Notes under the pieces: generated by a model
What the model was told of the DNA's origin: nothing
The model's database searches: none
Seen by the model: only the letters and a program-made list of their open reading frames with translations
In this document: positions 23,721-35,816 of the stretch, piece by piece
Layout of the letters: every line of letters starts with the position of its first letter
Position numbering within the stretch: the first letter of the stretch is position 1
Translations under genes and position numbers: made by a program
DNA from: Isurus oxyrinchus
Lineage: Eukaryota
Direction of reading: 5' to 3'
Assembly (NCBI GenBank): GCA_026770705.1
Contig: JANJGN010000071.1
Location: forward strand, 1,302,001-1,366,000
DNA: 64,000 nt

Positions 23721-25559
23721 CATCTGGAATGCGAAGCTAGTCTCAGTAATGGTGACCATGAAACTAAGGCCAATTGTTGCAAAAACCCATCTGGGTCACT
23801 AATGCCCTTTGGGGAAGGAAACCTGCCGTCCTTACCCATTCTGGCCTACGTGTGACTCCTGACCCACAGCAATGTGGTTGACTCTTAACTGGCCCCTGAA
23901 ATGGCCGAGCAAGCTACTGAGTTATATCAAAACCCGCCACAGACCAGTCAAACCAGGCGAACTGCAGCACTTCGAAAAGGCAGCTCAGCACCCCCTTCTC
24001 AAGGGGTCAGTCAGGAACAGGTAACAAACGCTGTCCACATCCCGTGAAACAATTTTGGTAAAAAGGTAGCCCTGTATCACCACCCACGGCCAGCGCCAAC
24101 CCCCCCAACCCTACCTGATTGCACCAGTTTCAGATTACACCAGGTCAATGAACGGATAGAAACCCAAACCAATGAGATGAGCACAGAGAAGGATCAAGCC
24201 AGAGAGAGTTGGTGGGAAGAATTGGGAAAGCAACAAAAAAGGCAGAGCGGACACTAACACTATAACAAAGTAAAGACCAGAGGAGGAAGGAAGCAAGTGT
24301 GAAGAGGAATTGAGAGCAGAGCTGGTAGGCTGCTTGTCAAAGCCAAGGACCCTCCATAGGGCACATCCACAGTGCTGTTGGGGAGGGTGATACATGATTT
24401 TGACCCAGGATCATCAAGTTTTGCACTGGCAGAGCCTTTAAAGAAAAGGGACCTTCACTACCCGTGTCCCCCGCCCAACAAAGCTGTTGACATGCCGAGT
24501 CCACCTGTGCAGGCAACCTCCAGACAGTTGACTACAAAGGCCATTGCAGCTGCTGAATATGACTTCCAGTTTCAAAACCTTCATGAATACAAGGATGGGG
24601 GATTCAGCAGGAATATTCCTGCACATCCTGTGGCAGATCCTGTAAATAAAAGGGACCTTCACTCACTCCTCAAAGCTGCTGACCTGCTGATTCACATCTA
24701 CAGGCAACCTCCAAACAGTCGACTAGAGAAGACAATGCAGCTGCTGAATGTGACTCCTAGTTTCAAACCCTTCACTCTGGAAAGAAGGAATCCAGAGCAA
24801 TGGGCCTCACTATAATACTTGACAGAAACTGATTTTAACTCTCATCTCTAAGTATTATTTTTCCTTTGCTTACATTTTAATCCTTGCACCTGATGGCTTT
24901 ATTGCTTCAACTTAAATAACTTTCAGCAGGAGCCAGGTTCAAATTGAATGGACAAGCAGGCTTGGGAGGCCAAAAGGCCTACTCCTGCTTCTGTTTATTT
25001 ATGTTTGTGTTGTTATGTAGTGGAACTAGAGAGGTTATAGCAGTTATGAGAGCATTAAGCAAACAGCAGCAAGAATTGAATACCTACGTTGTGGTTTATG
25101 AAAAGGTTTTCAACCTGGTCAACTGGTAAAATCTGTTGAAAGTGGGCTATCATGGCGTGTGCCCTTTGTGAGATATTTGTAACAACGTTCTCGATGTCGG
25201 AACAGCTTGCATTGAACAAAGCTGATCTTTACCCAGAACTTCAGAGGAAGGGGGGACAATTGTTCCCTGGTGTGGGGAGCATGGTGGGGGGGGGAGGGTG
25301 GGGGAGAGACAAGTAGCCTGAAATACCAAGCCAGACACTTTGGGAAGACAAAAGTTGTTTATTCATTTTTTTTTACAAATCATCATCTTTACAATTAAAG
25401 TCCCGACAAGATAATGGTGAATCATGAACACATTGTCGGGGTGAATCTGTGCCCGGGAGCAGAAAGCAGCAAAATCAGCAGCCCGCTTTACATCTCTCTG
25501 AATTTTAACTATCATTAACCCCAGTAACATCCATTCAAATGACTTAGTCATAAGATTCC

Positions 25560-25800
25560 TCACACATTCACTTGCACACTCACACACCCACACCCACACA
25601 GACACACTGACACACTCACTCATTCACATTGACACACACTGACACAGTCACACACACCCACACAGACACACTGACACACTCACTCATTCACATTGACACA
25701 CACTGACAGTCACACACACCCACACAGACACACTGACACACTCACTCATTCACATTGACACACACATATTGACAGTCACACACACACACACACACACACA
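25560..25800. repeat. CA-rich compound microsatellite/minisatellite
   Basis: Directly visible; mirrored at ~53820-54125. Confidence 0.9.
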
Positions 25801-26132
25801 CGCTCATAAAGACAGACACAAACACAGTCACGTGAGGTGAATAGTGTCGATGTATTTAAGGGGAAGCTGGATAAACACACGAGGGAGAAATGAATAGAAG
25901 GATATGGTGATGGGGTGAGATGGAGAAGGGATGGGCGGAGACTCGTGTGGAGCAGAAACACCAGCATGGAACAGATGGGCCGAATGGCTTCTTTCCCTGC
26001 TGTAAAACGCAGGTAAAGTTTCAGTTGGAATTAATGAACAGGGCCTGTGTGAAATAGATTGCTAAGCAGTAGATAAGGAGGGGAGAGGCTGTGGCATGGT
26101 GCAGGATGACCTTGCGTGAATGAGGCCAGGGT

Positions 26133-26249
26133 CTAAAATCTACAGCAGAGACCACAAGTCTCATTTGGTTCTCTCCAATTACAGCAGTGACAGCAGAATC
26201 TGCAGCGCCGCTGTCTGCTCATTCTGTTCTGGCGCTGCAGCAAGGAGCC
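26133..26249 (-). CDS. hamp: Hepcidin exon 3 (end of pro region plus 8-Cys mature peptide)
   Basis: gcgtttccAG acceptor, phase 0; GSLLQRQNRMSRQRRCRFCCHCCNWREPNETCGLCCRF* has the C-x2-CC-x-CC-xn-C-G-x-CC hepcidin signature. Confidence 0.93.
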   Translation of the reverse strand, partial: GSLLQRQNRMSRQRRCRFCCHCCNWREPNETCGLCCRF

Positions 26250-28517
26250 CTGGAAACGCAGGAGGACAATAGGTGAGAACATTCCGGAAAGAAAGAAGGC
26301 ATCATTTCAATCAGGCGCGTCATTGGAAGGAGGATGGCGCAATTCTATAGCGCCTTTCCCCTCCTCAGGATGGCCCAAAGTGTTCCACAGCTGAAGGAAG
26401 GACTTTTTCTGAAGTGAGCTCACCGCTGTAATGTAGGAAACGCAGCAGGCAATTCACGCACAGCAAGATCCCACAAACAGAAATGTGATAATGGCCCCGA
26501 TTTTCAGTTTTTTACCAATGTCAGTTGAGGGATAAATGTTTGCCCCAGGAAAGCGGACATAACTGCATCCCATCCACCCCCCACCACCCCCTCCACACAT
26601 ACCCCCAACTCCTGACGCACTTCATTTAAATTGTGGCCATGGAATCCTCTACATCCATCTGAGAGGGCAGATGTTGTCTCAGTTTAACATCTCATCTGAA
26701 AGACAGCGCCTTCAACAGTGCAGCACCCCCTCAGTACTGACCGTCTGACAATGCAGCACCCCCTCAGTACTGACCCTCCAACAGTGCAGCACTCCCTCAG
26801 TACTGACCGTTTGACAATGCAGCACCCCCTCAGTACTGACCCTCCGACTGTGCAGTCCCCCGCCGGTACTGACCCTCTGACAGTGCAGCACTCCAAGACT
26901 GACCGTCTGACAATGCAGCACCCCCTCAGTACTGACCCTCCGACTGTCCTGCCCCCCCGCCGGTACTGACCCTCCGACAGCTCGGTAATTTCTCAATTAT
27001 GCCTGGTGGTCCTTTTAACTCAGAGCTGAGAGTTGCAGAGAATCGAGCACACATCCTGAACTGACACTTGCAGTGCAAGTACTGGGAGCGCGCTGGTCAT
27101 TATCATGCTGCTGTCTGTGGGATCTTACTGTGCGCCAATGGCTGATTCTTTTCCCACAGTACATCAGTGACCTCACATGAAAGAAAAAAAGCACTTGATT
27201 GTCTGCGAAACACTTTGGGACGTCCTGATGTGTTGGAAGGCGCTAGAGAAATGCAAGTCCTCTTTGTCTTTCACTCGATCCTCTAAGGTGTCTGTTGATT
27301 AACCAGCCTCTCGGTGTATGATGTAGGCCTGGTTATAAACAGTTAGAAGGATCAAATATCAAAAATGCTTTGGCTGACAGTCAAACCGATTGTGCATTCG
27401 GAGAGATTAGATATGGTCTGCACACAATGACTCCAGTCTCTGGCACTGACTGCCGCCTGGGGTCTCCCTTCCACATAACACTCACAACTTGCATTTACAC
27501 AGCGCCTCTGACTTTGCAAAATGTCCCAGCCCACATTACCGGAGCGTAAATCAGAGAGAAGTCTAACACTGAGTCACATATGGAGATATTAGGGTTAGGT
27601 GACCAAAAGCTTGGTCAAAGATGTCAGGTTTAAGGAGCGTCTTAAAGGAGAGAGAGAGAGAGAGGCAGAGAGGTTAAGGGAGGGTATTCCGGAGCTCAGG
27701 GCCCCAGGCAGCTGAAGGCACGGCCACCAATGGTGGAGCGATGGGAATCAGGGGGACCCGGGAGATGCAGTAATGTCAGAGATTTTGGAGGAACATCGGG
27801 ACCGGAGGAGGTGTTCTCCTGCTCCATATCTCTCTCTCTCTTCCTCTCATCCACTCCTCCTCTCCCTGTCTCTCTCTCTCCTACTCTTCCTCTCAATTGC
27901 CCTCTCTCCCAATCTTTCACTCCTCTCTCCCTTTTCCTGTCTCTCTCCCTCTCTCTCCCCTGTCTCCTTCTCCCACTCTGTATCTCTCCCTCTCTCTCAC
28001 AGTATTTTTGTACCTTTCGCTCACTCTGTAACTCTCCCTTTCCTGTTAATTTCTCTCTCTTGGACAATCTCTCTTCCCTTTTCACTTTCCCTCACTCCGC
28101 ATCTCTTCTTTAATTTCTCCCTCTGTCACTCTCTCCCACCTATGTTCTTTCCCTTTCACCCCTCCCCGTCCCACTCTCTGTCTCTCTCTTCCAATCCCTC
28201 CCTCCCCCATTCCATCCCTCTCTCCGACTCTCGACTCCCAGCCTCTCTTTAACCCACTCCCAGGCTGGATCAGTCTCCCTCTCACTATTCCCGGCGTGGG
28301 TTACATTTAAAATTCCTGTGGGGATATGTTCACTTCCTTGGAATTGCCTCTTCCCAGCTTTGCAAAAAAAGTGGGGGCGGGGGGGGCTCGATTTCAAACA
28401 TGCCTCCTGAGTATAACCGAGACAGACTGCCACTGAAATCAGCTTGAAATCAGAAAACTTTCTGTGGAAGAAACGAGCAGGGAGAAACCTTAAAATAAGG
28501 AATGAATTTCCACCTAC

Positions 28518-28574
28518 CGTGTCCGGGGAATCCACAGATTTCTCAATCGTCGAAGAACCTAAAGCAGTGTCAAC
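28518..28574 (-). CDS. hamp: Hepcidin exon 2 (pro region)
   Basis: ctttttgcAG acceptor and GTAGGT donor; 57 nt, phase 0-0; VDTALGSSTIEKSVDSPDT. Confidence 0.82.
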
Positions 28575-29404
28575 CTGCAAAAAGAAAGAATTTATCAGGG
28601 AGAAAGTGAGAGGAGGATTGAGGGAGAGGGAGAGAGAGAGAGAGAGGTACAGGAGAGAGAGGGGGAGGAGGACAGACTTGCATTTCTCTAACGCCTTTCA
28701 CCACATCCCAAAGCATTTCACAGCCACTGAAGGATGTTTTTGAAGTGCACTCACACTGTAGGAAATGTGGCAGCTGATTTGTGCACAGCAAGATCCCACA
28801 AATAGCAATGTGATCATGGCCTAGATCATCTGTTTTTGGTGATGTTGGGTGAGGGATAAATATTGGTGCCAGGACACCGGGGAGAACACCCCCTGCTCTT
28901 CCTCCAAATAGTGGCTGTGGGATCTTTCACACCCGCCCGAGAGGGCAGACGGGGGACTCGGTTTAATGTCTCATTCAACATTGTTGTGCTCCCTCAGTAC
29001 TAACCCTTTGACACTGCAGCACTCCCTTAGTATTAACCCTTCGATAGTGCTGCACTCCCTCAGTACTGTCCCTCCGTCAGTGCAGCTCTATTTCAGTACT
29101 AACCCTTCGACACAGCAGCACTCCCTCAGTACTAACCCTTCGATAGTGCTGCACTCCCACAGTATTGTCCCTCCGTCAGTGCAGCGCTCCCTCAGTACTG
29201 ACCCTCCGACACAGCAGCACTCCCTCAGTACTGACCTCCGACAGTATAGCACTCACTCAGTACTGTCCCTCCAATAGTGCAACACTTCCACACTACTGAC
29301 CCTCTGACAGTGCAGCACTCCCTCAGCACGGAGTGTTGACCGACGTTATGGGACTGAATTCCCTGGAGTGAGACTCAGACCAGAGATTTAGGTAGGGTTG
29401 TTCC

Positions 29405-30210
29405 GGCTGGAGGAGGTTACAGAGATAGGGAGGGTTGTAGAGGCTGTAGGAGGTAACAGAGATAGGGAGGGTTCTAGAGGCTGTAGGAGGTGACAGAGAT
29501 AGGGAAGGTTGTAGGGGCTGTAGGAGGTTACAGAGATAGGGAGGTGAGTAGGGGCTGTAGGAGGTTAATGAGATGGGGGGGGTTGTGGGGGCTGGAGGAG
29601 GTTACAGAGGTAAGGAGGGTTGTAGAGGCTGGAGGAGGTTACCAAAATAGATACTGCTGTAGGGGCCACAGTAGGTTACAGAGATAGGGAGAGTTATAGT
29701 GTGGAGAGGACGTTATAGAGTTCATGAGCATTGTAGGGACTGGAGGAGGTTACAGTGATTCTGAGGGTCGTGGGGCCTGGAGGAGGTTACAGAGATAGGG
29801 AGGGTTGTAGGGTCTGGAGGAGGTTACAGAGATAGGGAGGGTTGTAGGGTCTAGAGGAGGTTACAGTGATCATGAGGGTTGTGGGGCCTGGGGGAGGTTA
29901 CAGAGATAGGGAGGTTTATAGGGGCTGGAGGAGGTTACAGAGATAGGGAGGGTTGTAGGGGCTGGAGGAGGTTACGGAGATAGGGAGTGTTGTAGGGGCT
30001 GGAGGAGGTAACAGAGATAGGGACAGTTGTAGGGGCTGGAGGAAGTTACAGAGATGGGGATTGTTGTAGGGACTGGAGGAGGTTACAGATATAGGGAGGG
30101 TTGTAGCGGCTGGAGGAGGTTACAGAGATAGGGAGGGTTGTAGGGGCTGGAGGAGTTTACAGAGATAGGGAGGGTTGTACGGGCTGGAGGAGGTTACAGA
30201 GATAGGGAGT
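29405..30210. repeat. 37-bp minisatellite (ggaggaggttacagagatagggagggttgtaggggct)n in hepcidin intron 1
   Basis: About 21 degenerate copies; same family at ~13430-13770 and ~32860-33110 on the opposite strand. Confidence 0.9.
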
Positions 30211-30410
30211 CGCTGAGGAGGGATTGAAAACAAGAATGAGAATTTCAGGGGAAATGACAGAAGGAAATGATGTTAAATTCATAGAGGGCGACAATATTAA
30301 AGGCACGAACATAATAATATCAAACTGCGGAAGTGACCAGTCTATCTGGGTGGTAGATGTAGAGTCATGTGCAAGAAACACCTCACCCAGAGGGACATCT
30401 CTTAGCTTAC

Positions 30411-30503
30411 CCTCGACAAGGAGAAGAAGTGACTCAGCTGCAGGGAGAGCAGCAAAGTCAGAGTGAACAAGACAAGTCGCCATTTCATCTGGGAGCTTCC
30501 CAT
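30411..30503 (-). CDS. hamp: Hepcidin exon 1 (signal peptide)
   Basis: ATG 30503; MGSSQMKWRLVLFTLTLLLSLQLSHFFSLSR then GTAAGC donor; 93 nt, phase 0. The 31+19+38 aa, all-phase-0 layout matches the vertebrate HAMP structure. Confidence 0.85.
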
Positions 30504-30574
30504 CTCTGCCTGTCTCTTCTGATCTTCTGGCTCTGCTTTGATGCTTTGGTTTGTAACTAGAGGAGCTTCCTGCT

Positions 30575-30790
30575 CTTATACCTGAAACACTTGAAGGGGA
30601 CAGCCGCGGGTGGGTAGCTGTGTGGTATCACACCCATTTCTGGATATTGCAGTGTCGATGTTCCCTGTCCCACTGGCCTGGGACCAGCAGTAAGGTCACT
30701 GGGACATAGACTGTCTGGCGCCGAGAACTATCAGTCCCTCCGCAACGCCCTTCACCTTGTGCAAATATGTGTTCATATTGATGCAACACA
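30575..30790 (-). promoter_or_regulatory. Hepcidin proximal promoter: TATA, BMP/SMAD element, C/EBP-like sites
   Basis: TATAAG 30580-30575; GGCGCC-AGACA-GTCT 30722-30708; TTGTGCAA 30757-30764; TGATGCAA 30779-30786. Confidence 0.72.
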
Positions 30791-31169
30791 ACATAGCAAA
30801 AACAGAGGGGCTGGTTCTTATGTCGGCAAATCAGGTGAACCGCATGCCCCCTAACCCCTTACTCCTCTCATTGCTACACTTACTATTTTACAAATTGTGT
30901 GCGTTGCTTTTATTTTGGACAAGGGGCCTCGAGGGGGAACTGATTTACGCTGAGGTTTAAGGGTTAACAGCCATGTCATGTGTTGATTGGTCAGTGTTTA
31001 CCATGTGGAGACTGTCTGTCACCAGCTTTGTTCATGGTTTATCCAGGAACATTGAAGGGCATGAACGTTCTTGCTTTGTATGGAACAAGTCACCAACTGG
31101 GTTCAGTCATCGACTCAGACTCACATCAACATAAACTGGCTTCTGACAGGTAAGTTTCTATTACATGAG

Positions 31170-31770
31170 GGTAGGAGGAGGCCATTTGGCCCCTCGAGCC
31201 TGCTCCACCATTCAATGAGATCATGGCTGATCTGCAAACTAGCCCCATATGGCTTTGTCCCATCTCCTTTAATACCTTTGGATAACAAAAATCTATCAGT
31301 CTCACAGGTTTAAAATGAACAACTTGATCGTGCATCAGTTTCAGTTTGGGGAAGACCGTTCCAAATTTCTCCCACCCTTTGTACTTCCTAATTTCACTCC
31401 TGAAAGGTCAGCCTCTCCTTTTTAGGCTCTGACCCCGAGTCCCAGACTCCCCCCAACCAGGGGAAATGGTTTCTCTTTATCGCCCCCGATCTGTTCCCCT
31501 TAATATCATGCAAACTTTCATCAAATCTCCTGCTTAACATTCTAACTTCCAGGGAATACATGCCGAGTTTGTGTTTAATCTCTCCTTGTGATTTAACCCT
31601 TGGAGTCCCGGTCTCATTCTGGTAAACTGACACTGCTCTCCCTCCGAGGTCAATATATCCTTCCTAAGGTGTGGGGCCCAGAATGTCTCACAGTGACTCC
31701 AGGTGTGGTCTAGCCAGGGCTTTATGTAGACTGAAGCATGACCTCTGCCCCCTTATATTCTAATCCGTGA
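31170..31770 (-). mobile_element. SINE-like tail plus CR1 LINE 3' fragment
   Basis: ggaggaggccatttggcccctcgagcctgctccaccattcaat; KLGMYSLEVRMLS; GLEYKGAEVMLQ. Confidence 0.7.
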
Positions 31771-33597
31771 GATAGAAAGGGCAGAGTTCCAGAATTGTTG
31801 TGTTTATTCGACAACAGAATAACAGAGGAAGGTTTCCTCTCTGCCCTCTTCAGCCCCACTGGGAAGGTCAGGATGAGAAGGTTGGGCTGGGTCCCCTGTA
31901 CTGGACACTCGCTGAATCTTCCAATGATAGTTCTGGGCTGGATTTCAAAACGCATAGACAAGGATTCAGTGTTCCATCACATTCTGCCTTTGTCTCTTTT
32001 CCTCTCGTTCTCTTTCTCTACCATCCTCTCTCTCTATCTATCTATCTTTCTCCTCATTCTCTCCTGCTTCATCTCTATCACTTTCTTTCTACTTCTTTGT
32101 GTGTCTCTGTCTGTCTCTCTCTCTCACTCTTTCTTTCCTTGTCCTTATCTCTTTCAGTGTCTCCCTCTTTCTCTCTCTCTCTCTCTCTCTAAATGTGACC
32201 CTCTCTAACAGTTTGGCCCAGTACTCTTATTTCCCTGTTTTACTGGTGTTCCATTTGAAGGTATACAAGACCAGATCAGACCAGAATGTTTATTTTCCAG
32301 TGTTTACTGTGTTTTTTTCATTCTGGGTGTCTCTCGACTCTGTCTGTCCCTCTCTGTCCTTTTATTTCATTCTTTCATGTGATGTGGACATCACTGCCTA
32401 GGCCAGCATTTATTGCCCAACCCTAATTGCCCTTGTTCAGAGGCCACTTTTTAAAAGTGAACCACATTGCTGTGGGTCTGGAGTCACATGTAGGCCAGAC
32501 CAGGTAAGGACAGCAGATTTCCCTCCCTAAAGGGCATTTGTGACCCAAATACAAGAATCAGCAATGGTTTCCTGGTCATCATCGGACTTTTAATTCCAGG
32601 TTTTTATTGAGTTCAAATTCCACCAACTGCTGTGGTGAGATTCTAACCAGGGTCCCAGGAGCATTACGCTGGGTCTCTGGATTACTGGTCCAGTGAAAAT
32701 ACCATCAGGCCAACACCTCCCCACTCTTCCCTTCCACCATCTTTCACACTTGTTCTCTCTCTCTCTCACTCTCCTTCTCTCTTCTCCCTCTCTCAGTCTC
32801 TGTCTGTCTCTCAATCTCTCTATCGCTCTCTATCTCCTGGAGGCTCTCTCTCTGACTGTCTCCCTCCCTATATCTGTAACCTCCTCTCTCTCTCCCTTTC
32901 CTCCAGCCCCTACAACCCTCCCTAAGGCAGCCTCCACCTGCCTCTACAATCCTCCCCATCTCTGTAACCACCTTCAACCCCTACACCCCTCCCTATATCT
33001 GTAACCACCTCCAACCCCCACAACCCTCCCCATCTCTGTAACCACCTTCAACCCCTACAGCCCTCCCTATACCTGTAACCTCCTCCAGCCCCTGTAACCC
33101 TCCCTATCTCTTGAAGGGTTCTCAAAATTCCCACATTTTCCATATCATCAACAAGGATATTACTTTTGCACCTTTAAACTGCTGAGTTAAGTGGAAAACC
33201 CTGCAGACAGGAGGCTGGGCCCATGAAGGCCTGGGGCTGCACATGTCCGGGCTTATTGAGAGCAGTGTGGAATGTTTGGCCTGAAACCAGACAACGAGAG
33301 GAGACAGAATACGCATTCTTCCCTTTAATACAATCAACCCAGAGAAAGACTTCACTTCACACGCAACTGAAGCCCATCTAAATCTTGCATCAATAATCGC
33401 TCCTAACTTCTGAGGCCGGCAATTTAATTATGCAAACCCATCAATACTCCACACATACAATGGCTTTCAGTTCAAAACTAGTTACTGGGCAGGAAGACAA
33501 TGATAAACATCATGCGAGCCCATTAACAACAACGAGACATCAATCACCTGGGGAAGCCCACCAAAGACAAACAAAGAACAAACCTTGATTTGATTAG

Positions 33598-34080
33598 AAA
33601 TCTCTCTATCACACTCTTCTGCTCTATCTCTCTCTCACACACACACACATTCTCTCTCTAACACTCACAATCTCTCTCTATCACACTCTTCTGCTCTATC
33701 TCTCTCTCACACACACACACATTCTCTCTCTAACACTCACAATCTCTCTCTATCACACTCTTCTGCTCTATCTCTCTCTCACACACACAGACATTCTCTC
33801 TCTAACACTCACAATCTCTCTCTATCGCACTCTTCTGCTCTATCTCTCTCTCTCACACACACACATTCTCTCTCTAACACTCACAATCTCTCTCTATCAC
33901 ACTCTTCTGCTCTATCTCTCTCTCTCACACACACACATTCTCTCTCTAACACTCACAATCTCTCTCTATCACACTCTTCTGCTCTATCTCTCTCTCTCTC
34001 ACACACACACATTCTCTCTCTAACACTCACAATCTCTCTCTATCGCACTCTTCTGCTCTCTCTCTCTCTCTCACATACAC
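33598..34080. repeat. ~70-bp CT/CA-rich tandem repeat
   Basis: Unit aatctctctctatcacactcttctgctctatctctctctcacacacacacacattctctctctaacactcac, about 7 copies. Confidence 0.9.
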
Positions 34081-35816
34081 ACATTCTCTCTGTCTCCCTC
34101 CCTCAAATACATTCTCTCTCTCTCTCAGACACAAACACTCTCTCACACACTCACACACTTTCCCTAAAACTAACACAATCTCTCTTTCTGTCAAGCACAC
34201 ACTCTCTCTCACACACACACACTCTCTCTCTCAGACACACACATTCTCTCTCTCTCAAACATTTAACATTTCTCTTCATCTCGATCTTCTGCTGTCTCTC
34301 TCTTTCTCTCCCTCGCACACACACACACACTCTCTGTCACAAACACACGCTCTCTCCCACACACTCTCTCTCACACACTCTCACATGCACACTCTCTCCC
34401 TCATATACAAACACTCGCCCTCACACATGCACACTCTCTATCTCTTTTTCTCTCTCACACAGTCTCTCTGTCTCTCTCTCTCTCTCAGACACTCTCTCTC
34501 TCTCTGATACAGAATGTTTTAAGACCTGCTCATGATTTCAGCTCAAAACCCAGGTAGATTCTCCCCAGTGAGGGAGTGGTGAGGGAGTGCTGCACTGTCA
34601 GAGGATCAGTACTGAGGGCGTGCTGCACTGTCAGAGGGTAAGTACTGAGGGAGTGCTGCACTGTCGGAGGATCAGTACTGAACACAATGTCCATTCAGAA
34701 CAGCTCGGTCCCCGATCAGAGAAACAGCCTCAGACAGAACCAACTGACGCTGGAATCCATACAATTCATCAACGTGTTGGGAGTTAGTTTGATGTCGGAG
34801 ATGGAGTGTTACTGGGAAGGAGGGAACCCGTCAGGATGAACAGCTCGATGTACGACAAGGAAAGGATGAGCTAAGAGGGGTTGGCCACGGACAGACGGAG
34901 CATGTGAAGACTCAACAAGCTAATGGCAGGTGAAGAGCTGGAAAGGTGTCTTTTCAACACAAGGTTTAGACACAGAACTCGATGTTTGATCGGGTATTTC
35001 AAACCAGAGAAACTCTTTACAGGGTGAATGGACCTTGTCAATAATCCATCCAGCCAACCTCGCCTGGAGATTAGTCCAATATTAGACACTAAACCGAGTC
35101 CCCCGTCTGCCCTCTCGGGCGGGTGTGAAAGATCCCACAGCCACTATTTGGAGGAAGAGCAGGGGGGAGATCTCCCCGGTGTCCTGGCACCAATATTTAT
35201 CCCTCAACCAACATCACCAAAAACAGATGATCACATTGCTGTTTGTGGGAGCTTGCTGTGCGCTAATTGGCTGCTGCGTTTCCTACATTACAACAGTAAC
35301 CACACTTCAAAAAAAGGGTTCACTCAGTTGTAAAGTGTTCTGGGACATCCAGAGACCATGCTGTACAGAAGAGATTTGACAGGAGCAGCAAGTGTTTTAC
35401 TTACAGGAGAATGAGTCCCCAGGGTTGTAGAGTCAATCCTGTCAGATGAATGTCTAACTGGAGACACTTCAGGGAGCTGATCTAATTCTGGAAATGTTCA
35501 GTTTAGTAGGATCGGAGGAGAGATGATCTTCCTCTCCTGACTGCATCGGACACGAGGTGAACTGGCTCTGGGAGGAGGGTCAGTGTTAACCCAGTTTTTC
35601 TGTGCTTGAGGGAGATGTGAAACTGGGGAAGTCACGTGGTTTTTTGGTGTGGTCACTCCATGTCTTTATTTGGTGCAGCACTCATTTAGTTCATGTCGTT
35701 GTTTCAATGCTACAAAACCACAGCGCATTCTGGACTATTTCTGCCTGACTTGCTGTCAGATACACACAGTCTGACAGAGAGGCGGAAAAGTGGTCCCTAG
35801 CAACGTGTGTAACTGT

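Noticed and set aside
24372-24815. 147-aa ORF (mirror 54771-55157)
   Set aside because: No recognisable domain, the frame is not fully preserved between the two copies, and it contains an internal repeat.
26184-26271. Apparent + strand exon (VTAESAAPLSAHSVLALQQGALETQEDN, AG..GTGAG)
   Set aside because: It is the antisense of hepcidin exon 3, whose 8-Cys signature explains the conservation.
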